Positions 10,026 through 20,278 of a DNA stretch of 64,000 nucleotides are shown here, one piece after another. Below the pieces are notes generated by a model that did no database searches, was not told the DNA's origin, and worked only from the letters and a program-made list of their open reading frames with translations. The first letter of the stretch is position 1, and each line of letters begins with the position of its first letter. Source of the stretch: an uncultured Rikenellaceae bacterium (GTDB lineage: Bacteria > Bacteroidota > Bacteroidia > Bacteroidales > VadinHA17); assembly GCA_964421975.1 (NCBI GenBank), contig CAYQZL010000003.1:1310-65309 (forward strand), written 5' to 3'. The translations under genes and the position numbers were made by a program.

Positions 10026-10928
10026 ATGAAAAACTGGGTAAATGGGATTCCATACGAAATTGCTTTCTGGGAAGGTGTTTATTCTAATAAAAAGCGTATA
10101 GAAAGTCTGTTTAGCTATTCCAGATACAATAAAGAAATTGAACTTATCAACTTTGATGTCAATCTATTTCTTTCACAAAAAGAAAATCCTGCAGTAGTTG
10201 ATGCTGGTTGTGGAATGAGTTTTTGTAACGGTGATAAATTGAATGGCAAACAGCTGAATGTTTGCTATATTGATCCTCTCGCACCGTTTTTCAATAAAAT
10301 AATCGAAAAGAAGAAAATTGATTTACCCAGAATAACATTTGGATTTATTGAATACCTCTCGGCATTTGTTCCCCCAAGAGCTTCTTTGATTATAGTACAA
10401 AATGCTCTTGATCACAGTATAAATCCGCTTAAAGGGATTTTGGAGTGTATTGCAAGTCTTGAAATCGGAGGTGTGTTATATTTGCGACACTTCAGAAATG
10501 AAGCAGAAACCGAAAATTATCGTGGTTTTCACCAATATAATATTTCACTGGAAAACGGTGAAATAATTATCCGGAACAAAGAATCAAAAATTAATATCAA
10601 TTCTTTAATAAAACCTTTTACTGAAATAGAAACAAGTACCTGCGGGAATGAAATTATTGCAGTTATAACAAAGAAACAGGAACTGCCAAATGAACTTATT
10701 GATTTTAAAAAAGATATAGCGTATTTATCTAATCAATATATTGAAATTATACAAAACTTCAATAAGGTCTCGTTTTCTTTTTCGTATCATTTGAGTTTTT
10801 TCAGATTACGGGTTTTACAACTATTTGTGCAACTTTTTAATTGGAAGACGAGACAGAAAATGAAAAAAATATTAAAAAAACTAACATTAAAAAAGAAGTC
10901 TACATTTGATACACAGTACCCGGAATGA
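10026..10928 (+). CDS. Putative SAM-dependent methyltransferase
   Basis: Motif I-like VVDAGCGMS, with a Lys-rich C-terminal tail. Confidence 0.45.
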   Translation: MKNWVNGIPYEIAFWEGVYSNKKRIESLFSYSRYNKEIELINFDVNLFLSQKENPAVVDAGCGMSFCNGDKLNGKQLNVCYIDPLAPFFNKIIEKKKIDLPRITFGFIEYLSAFVPPRASLIIVQNALDHSINPLKGILECIASLEIGGVLYLRHFRNEAETENYRGFHQYNISLENGEIIIRNKESKININSLIKPFTEIETSTCGNEIIAVITKKQELPNELIDFKKDIAYLSNQYIEIIQNFNKVSFSFSYHLSFFRLRVLQLFVQLFNWKTRQKMKKILKKLTLKKKSTFDTQYPE

Positions 10929-11222
10929 AGTTTTACATTGAACTTAATCCAGGCATCAATAAGGCTCACGGCTTGGCCATAGCATAACTCAAGAAACTTA
11001 AAAAACACATCTGTTATGTGATTTTTAACAAGGTCCTGTTACTAATCGGGTAAATGTGATCACAAAATGAATTATCCGGTAAAACTGTAACAGCATGGAA
11101 AATGACAGACAATAAACAAAAGAACCTGTTACTTGATATTTTAGAACAAAATATCGGGAAATAACCGCCTGAATAAAGAAATATTAAGGCTCAAATTAAT
11201 TGAAAAACCACGGAAAAGATAT

Positions 11223-11399
11223 ATGTTAATGCCACTGGCTATGACCGGATTTCTTTTAATGATAATTCACAAGATCACGTTAAGATTGGATTTTGTATCA
11301 GTTCTGCCATTGATATTGATCATCCTGGTTTTCTTCTTTTCAATGTATTTAACTTTTAAATATTCAATTTATGAGCGTTATAAGAAGCTCAACAAGTAA
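11223..11399 (+). CDS. Small (58 aa) two-TM membrane protein, below the ORF-track cutoff
   Basis: My own translation: MLMPLAMTGFLLMIIHKITLRLDFVSVLPLILIILVFFFSMYLTFKYSIYERYKKLNK. Confidence 0.3.
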   Translation: MLMPLAMTGFLLMIIHKITLRLDFVSVLPLILIILVFFFSMYLTFKYSIYERYKKLNK

Positions 11400-11424
11400 A
11401 TTGATGAGATAAAACAACTGGGGA

Positions 11425-11610
11425 ATGACTAAGAATAATGGCAGTAAATACCGTAAGGTCACAATTAAAATAAGTAGTGATGAACTCGATATGATGGAGG
11501 ATTTCCTGGTAGTTGAATTACCGGAAGATGTTGCAGAGAAATACCGCCGAAGGTGCCTGGAGATATGGCAAAGACTGGCCAGGGAATGGGATAAGCAGGA
11601 AAGTAACTGA
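11425..11610 (+). CDS. Small acidic hypothetical protein (61 aa)
   Basis: Supported only as an ORF, and I recognise no motif. Confidence 0.25.
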   Translation: MTKNNGSKYRKVTIKISSDELDMMEDFLVVELPEDVAEKYRRRCLEIWQRLAREWDKQESN

Positions 11611-11748
11611 TAAGGAAATACCTTCCATATTATTCAGATATGATTACCGCTAAAAAATGATAGCACAAAGCTGTGCCAGTTCGGTAGATAAGGAAAACCT
11701 TCATAAAGACCTTATAAACATTACCCGGATTGTTTAATTTTACAATCA

Positions 11749-12681
11749 ATGATGGAACCGGTTATAAAAATTGAAAATCTGAAAAAGAAGTTCGGGTCTT
11801 TTATTGCTGTTGACGGACTTAATTTCGGCATTTATCAGAATGAGATATTTGGCTTACTGGGTCCCAACGGAGCCGGTAAAACAACAACAATAAGCATGAT
11901 ATGCGGTTTATTGCCTCCTACTGAAGGTAGGATCACTTTTGCAAACCACCGGATTAAGGACCGGAAACTGCTGATAGGCTATTGTCCGCAGGATAATATA
12001 ATTTATCCGAAGCTGACCTGTATGGAACAATTACTGTTCATCGGTAAAATGTATGATTATCCATCAAGGTATTTAAAGATCCGTGCCGCTGAATTATTGA
12101 ACTTTTTAGGGCTGAAAGATAAAGCCGGTATCCTGGCTGGTAAGTTATCGGGCGGAATGAAACGCCGGCTCAATATTTGTCTTGCCCTGATACATGATCC
12201 GGAGATACTGATCCTCGACGAACCGGAAGCGGGACTTGATCCTCAGAGCAGGGTTTTAGTCCGCGATTTTATAAAAGATCTCGGCAAAAGGAAGACGATA
12301 ATCCTTACCACTCATAACATGGACGAAGCTGACCGTCTGGCCGACAGGCTTTCAATAATTGACCATGGCAGATTACTCAGGCTTGACACGCCACAGAATC
12401 TGAAAAAAATGGTGGGCGAGGGAGATATTCTTGAAATAACGCTGGAAAACAGCAATGAAAATTCAATGAATAGTTTTGCCGGAGATCTTTCATCACTTTC
12501 GATGAATGTTAAAATAAGTAACGGGACTGTTCTTATAAAACACCCCGGAATAGTAGAACAGATACCGGCAATAAAGAATACAGCCGATAATAACGGTTTG
12601 AAAATTTCAGAGATCAGGCTTCGCGAAAATTCACTTGAAGATGTTTTCATCCATTTAACAGGCAGAAATTTACGTCAATGA
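11749..12681 (+). CDS. ABC-2 type transporter ATP-binding protein
   Basis: GPNGAGKTT, LSGGMKRRL and LILDEPEAGLDP. Confidence 0.9.
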   Translation: MMEPVIKIENLKKKFGSFIAVDGLNFGIYQNEIFGLLGPNGAGKTTTISMICGLLPPTEGRITFANHRIKDRKLLIGYCPQDNIIYPKLTCMEQLLFIGKMYDYPSRYLKIRAAELLNFLGLKDKAGILAGKLSGGMKRRLNICLALIHDPEILILDEPEAGLDPQSRVLVRDFIKDLGKRKTIILTTHNMDEADRLADRLSIIDHGRLLRLDTPQNLKKMVGEGDILEITLENSNENSMNSFAGDLSSLSMNVKISNGTVLIKHPGIVEQIPAIKNTADNNGLKISEIRLRENSLEDVFIHLTGRNLRQ

Positions 12682-12808
12682 ATCCTTCATGAGAAACATA
12701 CACAAAAGATTATGAAAATAAATTTCAAACATGAAGGTTCCCCCGCCTGAGGCGGGGCAGGCTATTCGAACTACTTAGTTTATAACAACATAATGATATT
12801 ATTTTCGA

Positions 12809-13975
12809 ATGAAAATGCTGAGCGTATTATCAAAAAGCCTGAAGGAGCAATTAAGAAGTTACTGGGTGCTCCTGCTTACATTATCAATGGGTCCCTTCTT
12901 CATTCTTATTTATTTTCTTATAACAGAATCATCAGAGCCAAACTATAAGGTGCTGGTGATCAATGAGGATACCGGCATTATTACAGCCGGGCACCGGATA
13001 AACCATGGGAATGATTTAATAAACAGTGCTAATATCCTTGCAGCAGTCAAAGCTGAAATTCCCTTTACAGTTGAGAGGGGCAAGGGCAGAGATGAAGGCA
13101 TTGAGACTGTCAGGAACAAAAAAGCGGATGCACTTATAATTATTAACAACTCTTTTTCGCGTGCAATAGAAGGCCTCAGATCAAATGACAGCATTGTTAC
13201 TGCCGGGGTTGAATTTGTCGGGGATCTGACAAGTACAAATTATCTTATAAGTGCAGTATGGGCAAACGAATTTTTGAATGAATATGTGCTTCAGGCAAGC
13301 GGTAGTAAAAGAGTTGTTCAGGTTAAAGAAACAGCATTGGGTACCTCGGGAGTACTCAGTGAATTTGACATGGTAGTGCCGGGTATTCTTATTTTTTCAC
13401 TGATAATGCTCATGTTCACGGCAAGCATTGCTTTTGTATCAGAAGTTGAGAACAGGACAATTATGCGCCTTAAGCTATCAAAGCTTACTGCTTCAGGCTT
13501 CCTGGGAGGTATAAGTATTGTGCAACTCCTGGTCGGACTCTTATCTGTATTGCTGACGCTGCTGACGGCAATTTTACTTGGATTTAAATATTCAGGTTCT
13601 CCGGCAACCGTGATCCTCGTTGCAGGACTGACAAGTTTTTCAATCATTGCCTTCGGCCTTATAATTGCAGCACTGACCAGATCAGCGGGAGAAATTCTTG
13701 TAGTGGGCAATTTCCCCTTCTTCCTCTTTGCATTCTTTACGGGTGCAGCTTTCCCGATAAATAGCAAAGCCCTGTTTACGATCGCCGGTTACCCGGTAAA
13801 TATTCAGGGATTAATGACCCCGACCCATGCCGTTTCAGCATTTAATAAAATACTCATTATGGATATGGATCTGCCGGCTGTAATGCCGGAGATAATAATG
13901 ATAGTTATACTTACTATATTATATTTCCTCGCAGGAGGATCTTTATACAGACACAGACATTTAAAACTGACATAA
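12809..13975 (+). CDS. ABC-2 type transporter permease
   Basis: One N-terminal TM, a large loop and a C-terminal 5-6 TM bundle. It follows the ATPase gene. Confidence 0.8.
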   Translation: MKMLSVLSKSLKEQLRSYWVLLLTLSMGPFFILIYFLITESSEPNYKVLVINEDTGIITAGHRINHGNDLINSANILAAVKAEIPFTVERGKGRDEGIETVRNKKADALIIINNSFSRAIEGLRSNDSIVTAGVEFVGDLTSTNYLISAVWANEFLNEYVLQASGSKRVVQVKETALGTSGVLSEFDMVVPGILIFSLIMLMFTASIAFVSEVENRTIMRLKLSKLTASGFLGGISIVQLLVGLLSVLLTLLTAILLGFKYSGSPATVILVAGLTSFSIIAFGLIIAALTRSAGEILVVGNFPFFLFAFFTGAAFPINSKALFTIAGYPVNIQGLMTPTHAVSAFNKILIMDMDLPAVMPEIIMIVILTILYFLAGGSLYRHRHLKLT

Positions 13976-14032
13976 TAAATGATGTGCGGGGAACGGAATT
14001 TTTAGTTTTTTTGTATCCCTAAAACCTGATAA

Positions 14033-15700
14033 ATGAAAATCACAGTGAACGATACTTTACTTGAACTTCACAACGGGGCAAAAGTGAAAGATGCAATTCT
14101 GAGCTATTATTCACTAATGAGGAAAAAAGTCCCCGTACGTTTTCCCCTTGTTGAAGATAAATATGGGAACAAAGTTGCCTCCGACGGAGAGCTGACCGAA
14201 GGTAATACCCTTTTTATCAGGAATGGCCGCAGGGGACAGATTTTAATGAAGCAGCTGGTTCTTTTATTATTTGCAGGCGTATTATTTACAGGTTGCAGTA
14301 CAACGAAGCAAGCCGTTGCTCTTAAAAAGGAAGAGAAGCAGGCCGTTATCTTTGCCGTGAACGATATTCATGCCGCTATCGACAATTTCCCGAAACTGGT
14401 ATATATTGTTGACAGTTTACGTGCTATTTATCCCGATATGCTCCTTGTCGCTGCCGGAGATAATCAGACAGGGAATCCGGTGAATGACCAGTATCCCGAA
14501 AAAGGATTGCCTGTGATCGAGCTGATGAATGCCACAGGTTTTAATCTGAGTGCAGTAGGGAACCATGAATTCGATTCACATCCGGAGGGATTCAGCAATC
14601 TGACGCATAAAGCAAATTTCACCTTTATATGTGCCAATATTTCAGCGGATAAATCCAATAATATTAAGCTGGAACCCTGGAAGATAATTATTTTACCCAA
14701 CGGACTTAAACTTGCTTTTCTCGGACTTCTGCAAATAAACCAGAACGGGATTCCCGATTCACATCCGGATAACGTTAAGGGATTTACTTTCCGTTCACCG
14801 TTTGATACGGCACCTGAGTATATCTGGCTTAAGGATAAAAGTGATGTTCTTATTGCCCTGACGCATATTGGTTTTGAAAGCGATGTAAAGCTTGCCGGAA
14901 TAATGCCTCCCGGTATCGATCTGATCATCGGGGGACATTCTCATACGAGAATTGAAAAAGACCAGATACATAACGGGATCATGATCACCCAGGCTGAAAA
15001 TAAACTGAAATATGGTACTCTGATCAAGTTATCCCTAAAAAGCGACGGAAAACCGGAAAGGAACATGCAGCTCCTCAATATACGTGACTCGAAGAACGAA
15101 AAACCGTCAGTCCGTGCCATGGTTGATAAATACAACGACAATCCTGTCCTGAAGGAAGTGATAGCAACAGCTGCAGACGATTTTTCAACATATGAAGAAC
15201 TGGGATACCTTATGGCCGATGCACAACGTGATGCTGCGAATGCTGACATTGCAATTGTAAATCCCGGAGGTGTTCGTATCGATCGCCTTCCCAAAGGACC
15301 AATTTCAATGATGAATGTATATCAGCTCGATCCCTTCGGGAATGAACTTATCATAACCAGGCTAACCGGGAATGAGATCCACTCCTTAATGCATGCAGCT
15401 TTTCCAATTGACGATAAACTTCCCGTTTATCCATCAGGGATCAGGACAATACTTAAACTTAATGCCAATGGCGATCTTGAAGATGTAACTCTTCTCACCG
15501 AAAACAATACTCCACTTGATATGGATCAGACCTATACGGTCGCCATGAACAGTTATATGGCACAGGTCTACCATTATAAACACAGTGATCCCGGCCAGTC
15601 ACTGTTCATTTCCACCGCTGATGCATTGATCTCATACCTGAAAAAAACCCAGATTTTAAGGAGCTACCGGGGTGAGAAAAGGATACGGAAGATGAACTAA
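14033..15700 (+). CDS. Bifunctional metallophosphatase/5'-nucleotidase (UshA-like) lipoprotein; mature gene probably starts at 14246
   Basis: GNHEFD and GGHSH motifs. An internal MKQLVLLLFAGVLFTGCS lipoprotein signal sits at residue 72 of the ORF. Confidence 0.85.
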   Translation: MKITVNDTLLELHNGAKVKDAILSYYSLMRKKVPVRFPLVEDKYGNKVASDGELTEGNTLFIRNGRRGQILMKQLVLLLFAGVLFTGCSTTKQAVALKKEEKQAVIFAVNDIHAAIDNFPKLVYIVDSLRAIYPDMLLVAAGDNQTGNPVNDQYPEKGLPVIELMNATGFNLSAVGNHEFDSHPEGFSNLTHKANFTFICANISADKSNNIKLEPWKIIILPNGLKLAFLGLLQINQNGIPDSHPDNVKGFTFRSPFDTAPEYIWLKDKSDVLIALTHIGFESDVKLAGIMPPGIDLIIGGHSHTRIEKDQIHNGIMITQAENKLKYGTLIKLSLKSDGKPERNMQLLNIRDSKNEKPSVRAMVDKYNDNPVLKEVIATAADDFSTYEELGYLMADAQRDAANADIAIVNPGGVRIDRLPKGPISMMNVYQLDPFGNELIITRLTGNEIHSLMHAAFPIDDKLPVYPSGIRTILKLNANGDLEDVTLLTENNTPLDMDQTYTVAMNSYMAQVYHYKHSDPGQSLFISTADALISYLKKTQILRSYRGEKRIRKMN

Positions 15701-15816
15701 TTCAGAAATAGATTGTTTAGTCCTAAGAGAAGTTTGCGGATTTGGTAGTTGTTACAACATTACCTTTAAGCATTATCCGGTATTATCTGAATTATTAACA
15801 ATATAATATTTCTATC

Positions 15817-16839
15817 ATGGCTGATTTAAAAACAAATTACCTGGGATTGGAACTAAAGAATCCGGTGATAGTCGGAGCATCCAATCTTACAATGAATACT
15901 GACAATCTTAAGAAGATTGAAAAAGCCGGTGCCGCAGCTGTGGTTTACAAATCACTGTTCGAAGAACAGATACATCTTGAAAATCTTGAACTCCATGAGC
16001 TGAGGACTGAATATGAAGAGCGTAATGCCGAAATGGTTACTTTATTCCCTGACTCCAAATCAGATCCTTCATATCCGGGAGTTCATTTACTGAATCTGGA
16101 ACGGGCAAAAGAAGCGGTTTCAATACCGGTGATAGCCAGCCTTAATGCTGTGTATGATGACACATGGGTAGAATATGCAAAAAAGATTGAGGAAACAGGA
16201 GTAGATGCAATTGAGCTGAATTTCTATACTGTTCCTGAAAAGATCGATAAAGAGTATGGAGAAATTGAAAAGAAACAGATTAAGATTCTCGGTGCTGTTA
16301 AATCGGCAGTAAAAATCCCTGTTTCAGTAAAGCTGAGCCCATATTATACGAATACTCTGAGACTCATTACTGATCTTGACAAAGAGGGAACCGACGGATT
16401 TGTATTATTTAACAGGCTCTTTCAGCCTGATATTGATATTGAAGCCCAGCAGCACAGATTCCCGTATAATCTGAGTAACCCCGAAGACAAACGGTTACCT
16501 TTACGTTTTGCGGGATTGCTTTATGGTAATATCAAAGCATCAATTTGTGCAAACTCCGGAATATTCAACGGTTCAGATGTGATAAAAATGATTCTGGCCG
16601 GAGCTGATTGTGTTCAGATAGTTAGTACCGTATATCTTAATCAGATAGATGTAATCGCTAAGATCCTGCAGGAGATCGAAAGATGGATTGATTCGAACGG
16701 GTATAAATCTATTGAGGAATTCAAAGGGAAACTTTCAAGGAAGGTTTCCGGCAACGAGACTCTGTTCAACCGTACACAGTATATTGATTTTCATATGAGC
16801 ACAAAGGAAATATTGAATAAATACAGAGTGATCCATTGA
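15817..16839 (+). CDS. Dihydroorotate dehydrogenase-like (PyrD-fold FMN) protein
   Basis: N-terminus TNYLGLELKNPVIVGASNLT and overall TIM-barrel DHOD-like motifs. Confidence 0.7.
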   Translation: MADLKTNYLGLELKNPVIVGASNLTMNTDNLKKIEKAGAAAVVYKSLFEEQIHLENLELHELRTEYEERNAEMVTLFPDSKSDPSYPGVHLLNLERAKEAVSIPVIASLNAVYDDTWVEYAKKIEETGVDAIELNFYTVPEKIDKEYGEIEKKQIKILGAVKSAVKIPVSVKLSPYYTNTLRLITDLDKEGTDGFVLFNRLFQPDIDIEAQQHRFPYNLSNPEDKRLPLRFAGLLYGNIKASICANSGIFNGSDVIKMILAGADCVQIVSTVYLNQIDVIAKILQEIERWIDSNGYKSIEEFKGKLSRKVSGNETLFNRTQYIDFHMSTKEILNKYRVIH

Positions 16840-16989
16840 AGCCGGTTGAAGGGAATGATCAAAGGGTGGTTGATGTTATCATTAACCACCCTTTGTTTTT
16901 TAAGGATCCAATGGCTTTCGGAAATTCCTCATTCCCGGACTTATTAAAGCAGGGTGATGTGAGCCAGGAACTGGCAAAAGATTTACAGC

Positions 16990-17613
16990 TTAGCATCCGC
17001 CTGATGGTTTTTTCTTAGCTTTTGCAGTCACCGGTGGTTTTACTGCCTTAGGTGCCGGTGCGGCTGCTTCAGTTGAAACGACTCCCCCTCCGCCAAGTGC
17101 AGCTGCCGCGCTTTTGCGAAAATCATATCTGGCAAATTCCTCATCGGGACTGGTCTGAGATGGCGACTCCGGCGAGAGAATGTTTCCGAACCAGTAGTTA
17201 AGGCCTCCTTCCAGTACAAAGTTATTTTCATATCCGAGTTGCCGCGTTATCATCCAGGCCTGATTGGCAAAAACAGAACCGTTTGAATAGAAGACATTCA
17301 TATAAGCATCCTGATTCAGTATATCAGAATATTCATCGGAAAGGAGATTGCTGAGCGGTACATTTATCGAACCTGGTAAGCTGTAGGTATCGAATTCCTC
17401 CGGTGTTCTTACATCAATCAGTCTCAGTGAAGGATCTTTCCGGACAAGCATATCAGCCACAATATCGGGTGAAATGAACTGTACACCTGCACCTGCTTCC
17501 TGAAGAAGTTCGCCGGGTGAAAGCCGGGAATGATTTACCTTATCAGCCGGCATTGCGGCAATTATTATCCCCAGAGGAATAATTATAAGTGCGAGTAATT
17601 TCAATTGTTTCAT
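16990..17613 (-). CDS. Membrane-anchored/periplasmic rhodanese-homology protein lacking the active-loop Cys, with an Ala/Pro/Lys-rich tail ending in ...SGGC
   Basis: IDVRTPEEF...LPGSINVP rhodanese pattern, with loop FYSNGSVFANQA containing no Cys. I chose the start at MKQLKLL (17613) because the longer ORF would overlap the YeeE gene. Confidence 0.7.
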   Translation of the reverse strand: MKQLKLLALIIIPLGIIIAAMPADKVNHSRLSPGELLQEAGAGVQFISPDIVADMLVRKDPSLRLIDVRTPEEFDTYSLPGSINVPLSNLLSDEYSDILNQDAYMNVFYSNGSVFANQAWMITRQLGYENNFVLEGGLNYWFGNILSPESPSQTSPDEEFARYDFRKSAAAALGGGGVVSTEAAAPAPKAVKPPVTAKAKKKPSGGC

Positions 17614-17629
17614 TATAGTGTAATTTTGA

Positions 17630-18220
17630 TTAATATTCTTCCCTTGCAAATTTCTTTTCAGCCCATTCAGCAACAACAAACATGCCAAGAGCGGCAAGAA
17701 TCAGTAAAAGTCCGAAAAAGCCGTCAGAGAGGCCCAGTTTGTCACTTACCTTTGGTTCTCCGAGGTATCTGGCCAGATAGAGCTTTTCCCACCAGCTGTA
17801 GGTAAAGGCGAAACCGTATACACCGATGAACAGTCCTGCGATGAATACCATTGCATCAATTTTTCCTATTGCAGCTCCGCAGAAGCTTGTTCCGGGGCAG
17901 AATCCGCCCATGATAAAACCTGCTCCCATTACTATTCCACCAATTATTGCAGATGTGAGGTATGTCGGATTGACATATACGAGATCCATGTCTATCCAGC
18001 CGAAAAGGCTCATGAACAGTAAGCCCAGCATGGCTGTTATTGCTGCAGTGAAAAAGACTTTCAATACCACGGTATCATAGCCGTAGAAGATACCTGCCAG
18101 TTTCCGGCTAGATGAGAATCCGGAGCTTTCGAGTACCCAGCCGAAAGCTATTCCTATGAAGAAGGCAAACAGGAAATTTGTATTTTCCGATATTATTTCA
18201 TTTGGTGCCAGTGGTCCCAT
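17630..18220 (-). CDS. YeeE/YedE-family sulfur-compound transporter, half-size subunit
   Basis: Polytopic membrane protein with a GGFCPGTS motif. Confidence 0.75.
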   Translation of the reverse strand: MGPLAPNEIISENTNFLFAFFIGIAFGWVLESSGFSSSRKLAGIFYGYDTVVLKVFFTAAITAMLGLLFMSLFGWIDMDLVYVNPTYLTSAIIGGIVMGAGFIMGGFCPGTSFCGAAIGKIDAMVFIAGLFIGVYGFAFTYSWWEKLYLARYLGEPKVSDKLGLSDGFFGLLLILAALGMFVVAEWAEKKFAREEY

Positions 18221-18237
18221 TGTTTCCTTTTTTTATT

Positions 18238-18774
18238 TTATATCCAGTTCTTTCTGAAAAAATATGCAAGTGCAAAGGCAGTTCCGAAGATAGCCATCAT
18301 AGTTACGAATCCTCCCAGGGAAAGTACCGCCATTCCGCTTAGAGCTGACCCGCTTGTACAACCCCTTCCCAGCTGTGAGCCAAAGCCAAAAAGAACACCT
18401 CCGGCCAGTGCGAAAATAAGTCTTCTCCGGGAAGTGATCTTAGGAGAATGTTCAACCTTAAACTTTAGTCTGCCTGCAATGGCACCTGACAGAAAACCAC
18501 CAACAATTACACCGAGCATCTGGAAAACAAGCCATGATTTCATTGGATTGCCACTATGCGATTCAGCATATTCAGCCATAAAAGGCATGGACCCGATAGC
18601 ATCCTTATTAACAGTCCCGATGGTTGTTGCCACTACGCTTTTTATGGCACCACTGGCACCCAATCCCCTTCCCGCGACAAAATTTGCAGCCAGCAGGACC
18701 AGTCCCAGAAGTACACCGCCAAGATATGGATTGAGATATTTCCTGCTTTTATCTTTATTTGTGTTATTGCTCAT
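18238..18774 (-). CDS. YeeE/YedE-family sulfur-compound transporter, half-size subunit
   Basis: Polytopic membrane protein with a GRGCTSGSALSG motif. Confidence 0.75.
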   Translation of the reverse strand: MSNNTNKDKSRKYLNPYLGGVLLGLVLLAANFVAGRGLGASGAIKSVVATTIGTVNKDAIGSMPFMAEYAESHSGNPMKSWLVFQMLGVIVGGFLSGAIAGRLKFKVEHSPKITSRRRLIFALAGGVLFGFGSQLGRGCTSGSALSGMAVLSLGGFVTMMAIFGTAFALAYFFRKNWI

Positions 18775-18795
18775 ATATTATATATTTTATTGTTT

Positions 18796-19737
18796 TCAAT
18801 AAAGCCAGCGGCTTACCTGACCGGCAAAGACAAAGATAAAGCGGAAGACAAAACTGCCTGTCAGCACAAGGATACCAGGTATTACTGCAGGAATGTGTCT
18901 GCCGCGTAGTTCCATCAGGTCGAGAACGCCGGGAATGATTATACCAAGTATGACCACAAATATCCAGAAAACCATCGTATAGGGTCCGCCAAGAAATAGC
19001 TGTGCTGCTTCAATCTGGACCTGTGTACTCGCCATGAATCCCATGAACATGTGCACGATGAGGAATAGTTCCGCACCAAGTATTATAAGGTCTATCCTGG
19101 TGAACAGCAGCCTTTCTTTTTTATCCTTTGATGAAAGTACAATTGCTGCAGCTCCTGCAGAAAGTCCTGACGCAAGGAACAGCGGGCCGAGCACCGAGGT
19201 GTTCCATAGAGGGCGGGCATTGAAAGCAGAGAGTAATATCCCGGTATAAACACCGGTTATTATAGCAAATAAAAGCATCACCCATGCAAGCTGTTTCTTG
19301 TATCTGTTAAAGAAACTTTCGAGTTCTTTCAGCCATTTAAATTTCCAGTCCCAGTCAGGGAATAACTCCCTGATGTGAAGAGCACACCAGACAAAGGCTG
19401 AAACAGTTATAACGAGCAGGGTCCAGGCTCCCCACGACATTGGTGATTCAATCCTGATGGTGGTATAAAGTTGCCAGAAATATGCTTTATGGTTCAGGTC
19501 GATAAAAAGGCATGCCAGACCGATGACCAGTGCAAATGGGGCAATAAAAGGCGCTTTCCGCACTGCAGTACGGTATTCATCCTCTTTACCCAACAGGTAG
19601 TAGAGGGCAGCAAAAAACAGAACCCCGGCTGCCAGTCCACCCAGGAAAAGATATAGTGGGATAGGCCAGTGCCAGATATGTAGTTGTGGATCGACCAACA
19701 TGTTCTCCCTTCCGCTGATAATTAGTTCTTCTTTCAT
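18796..19737 (-). CDS. psrC: NrfD/PsrC-type polysulfide reductase membrane anchor
   Basis: About 8 TM over 313 aa, located downstream of the Fe-S and molybdopterin subunits. Confidence 0.75.
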   Translation of the reverse strand: MKEELIISGRENMLVDPQLHIWHWPIPLYLFLGGLAAGVLFFAALYYLLGKEDEYRTAVRKAPFIAPFALVIGLACLFIDLNHKAYFWQLYTTIRIESPMSWGAWTLLVITVSAFVWCALHIRELFPDWDWKFKWLKELESFFNRYKKQLAWVMLLFAIITGVYTGILLSAFNARPLWNTSVLGPLFLASGLSAGAAAIVLSSKDKKERLLFTRIDLIILGAELFLIVHMFMGFMASTQVQIEAAQLFLGGPYTMVFWIFVVILGIIIPGVLDLMELRGRHIPAVIPGILVLTGSFVFRFIFVFAGQVSRWLY

Positions 19738-19744
19738 TTGATTC

Positions 19745-20278
19745 TCAGATTAGGAAGTATAACTGGGGTAAGGTTCCTGCCTCAGGAATGAGGGCTTTAT
19801 GCTTACGTTTTTTCAGCACCACGCTTACATCGCTGTTCGGATCGTCGAGATCGCCGAAATACATGCATTTAGTCGGGCATACCGAAACACAGGAAGGTTT
19901 CATCCCCTGTTTTACGCGGTGGATACAGAAGGTACATTTATCTACATATCCTTTCGGATGAGGGAAACGTGCATCATACGGGCAGGATGCGATACATGCA
20001 CCACATCCGATACATTTGTTGGGTTTGACCATTACAATACCACCCTCAACAATATGACTTGCTCCCGTCGGGCAGCATCTTACACAGGGGGCATTTGCAC
20101 AGTGGTTGCATCGTTCAGATCTGAGCTCGATCTCGAGCTGGGGATATGTGCCGTCAATCACTTCCACAACCCAGTCCCGGCAGAATCCTATCGGTACATT
20201 ATTTTCTGTCTGACATGCAACAACGCAATCGCTGCAGCCCACGCACTTTTTAGTATCAACAGCCATTGCGTATCTCAT
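19745..20278 (-). CDS. psrB: 4Fe-4S ferredoxin-type electron-transfer subunit (PsrB-like)
   Basis: Multiple CxxCxxCxxxCP clusters. It overlaps the psrA stop by 4 nt. Confidence 0.85.
   Translation of the reverse strand: MRYAMAVDTKKCVGCSDCVVACQTENNVPIGFCRDWVVEVIDGTYPQLEIELRSERCNHCANAPCVRCCPTGASHIVEGGIVMVKPNKCIGCGACIASCPYDARFPHPKGYVDKCTFCIHRVKQGMKPSCVSVCPTKCMYFGDLDDPNSDVSVVLKKRKHKALIPEAGTLPQLYFLI

Noticed and set aside
12742-12758. Perfect hairpin CCCCGCCTGAGGCGGGG between the ABC ATPase and permease genes, considered as a terminator.
   Set aside because: No U-tract follows, and it lies between two genes that should be co-expressed. The CCCCGCCTGAGG string recurs at 3969 inside repeat DNA, so it is more likely a repeat module than a terminator.
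16836-17018. 60-aa ORF following the DHOD-like gene.
   Set aside because: It overlaps both the DHOD-like stop and the convergent rhodanese 3' end. It has no motif, and convergent-gene spacer regions often give such short frames.
17614-17697. Upstream extension of the rhodanese ORF (MPLLACLLLLNG...).
   Set aside because: It would overlap the 3' end of the YeeE gene by 68 nt. The internal MKQLKLLALIIIPLG start gives a proper signal anchor and a 16-nt intergenic gap.
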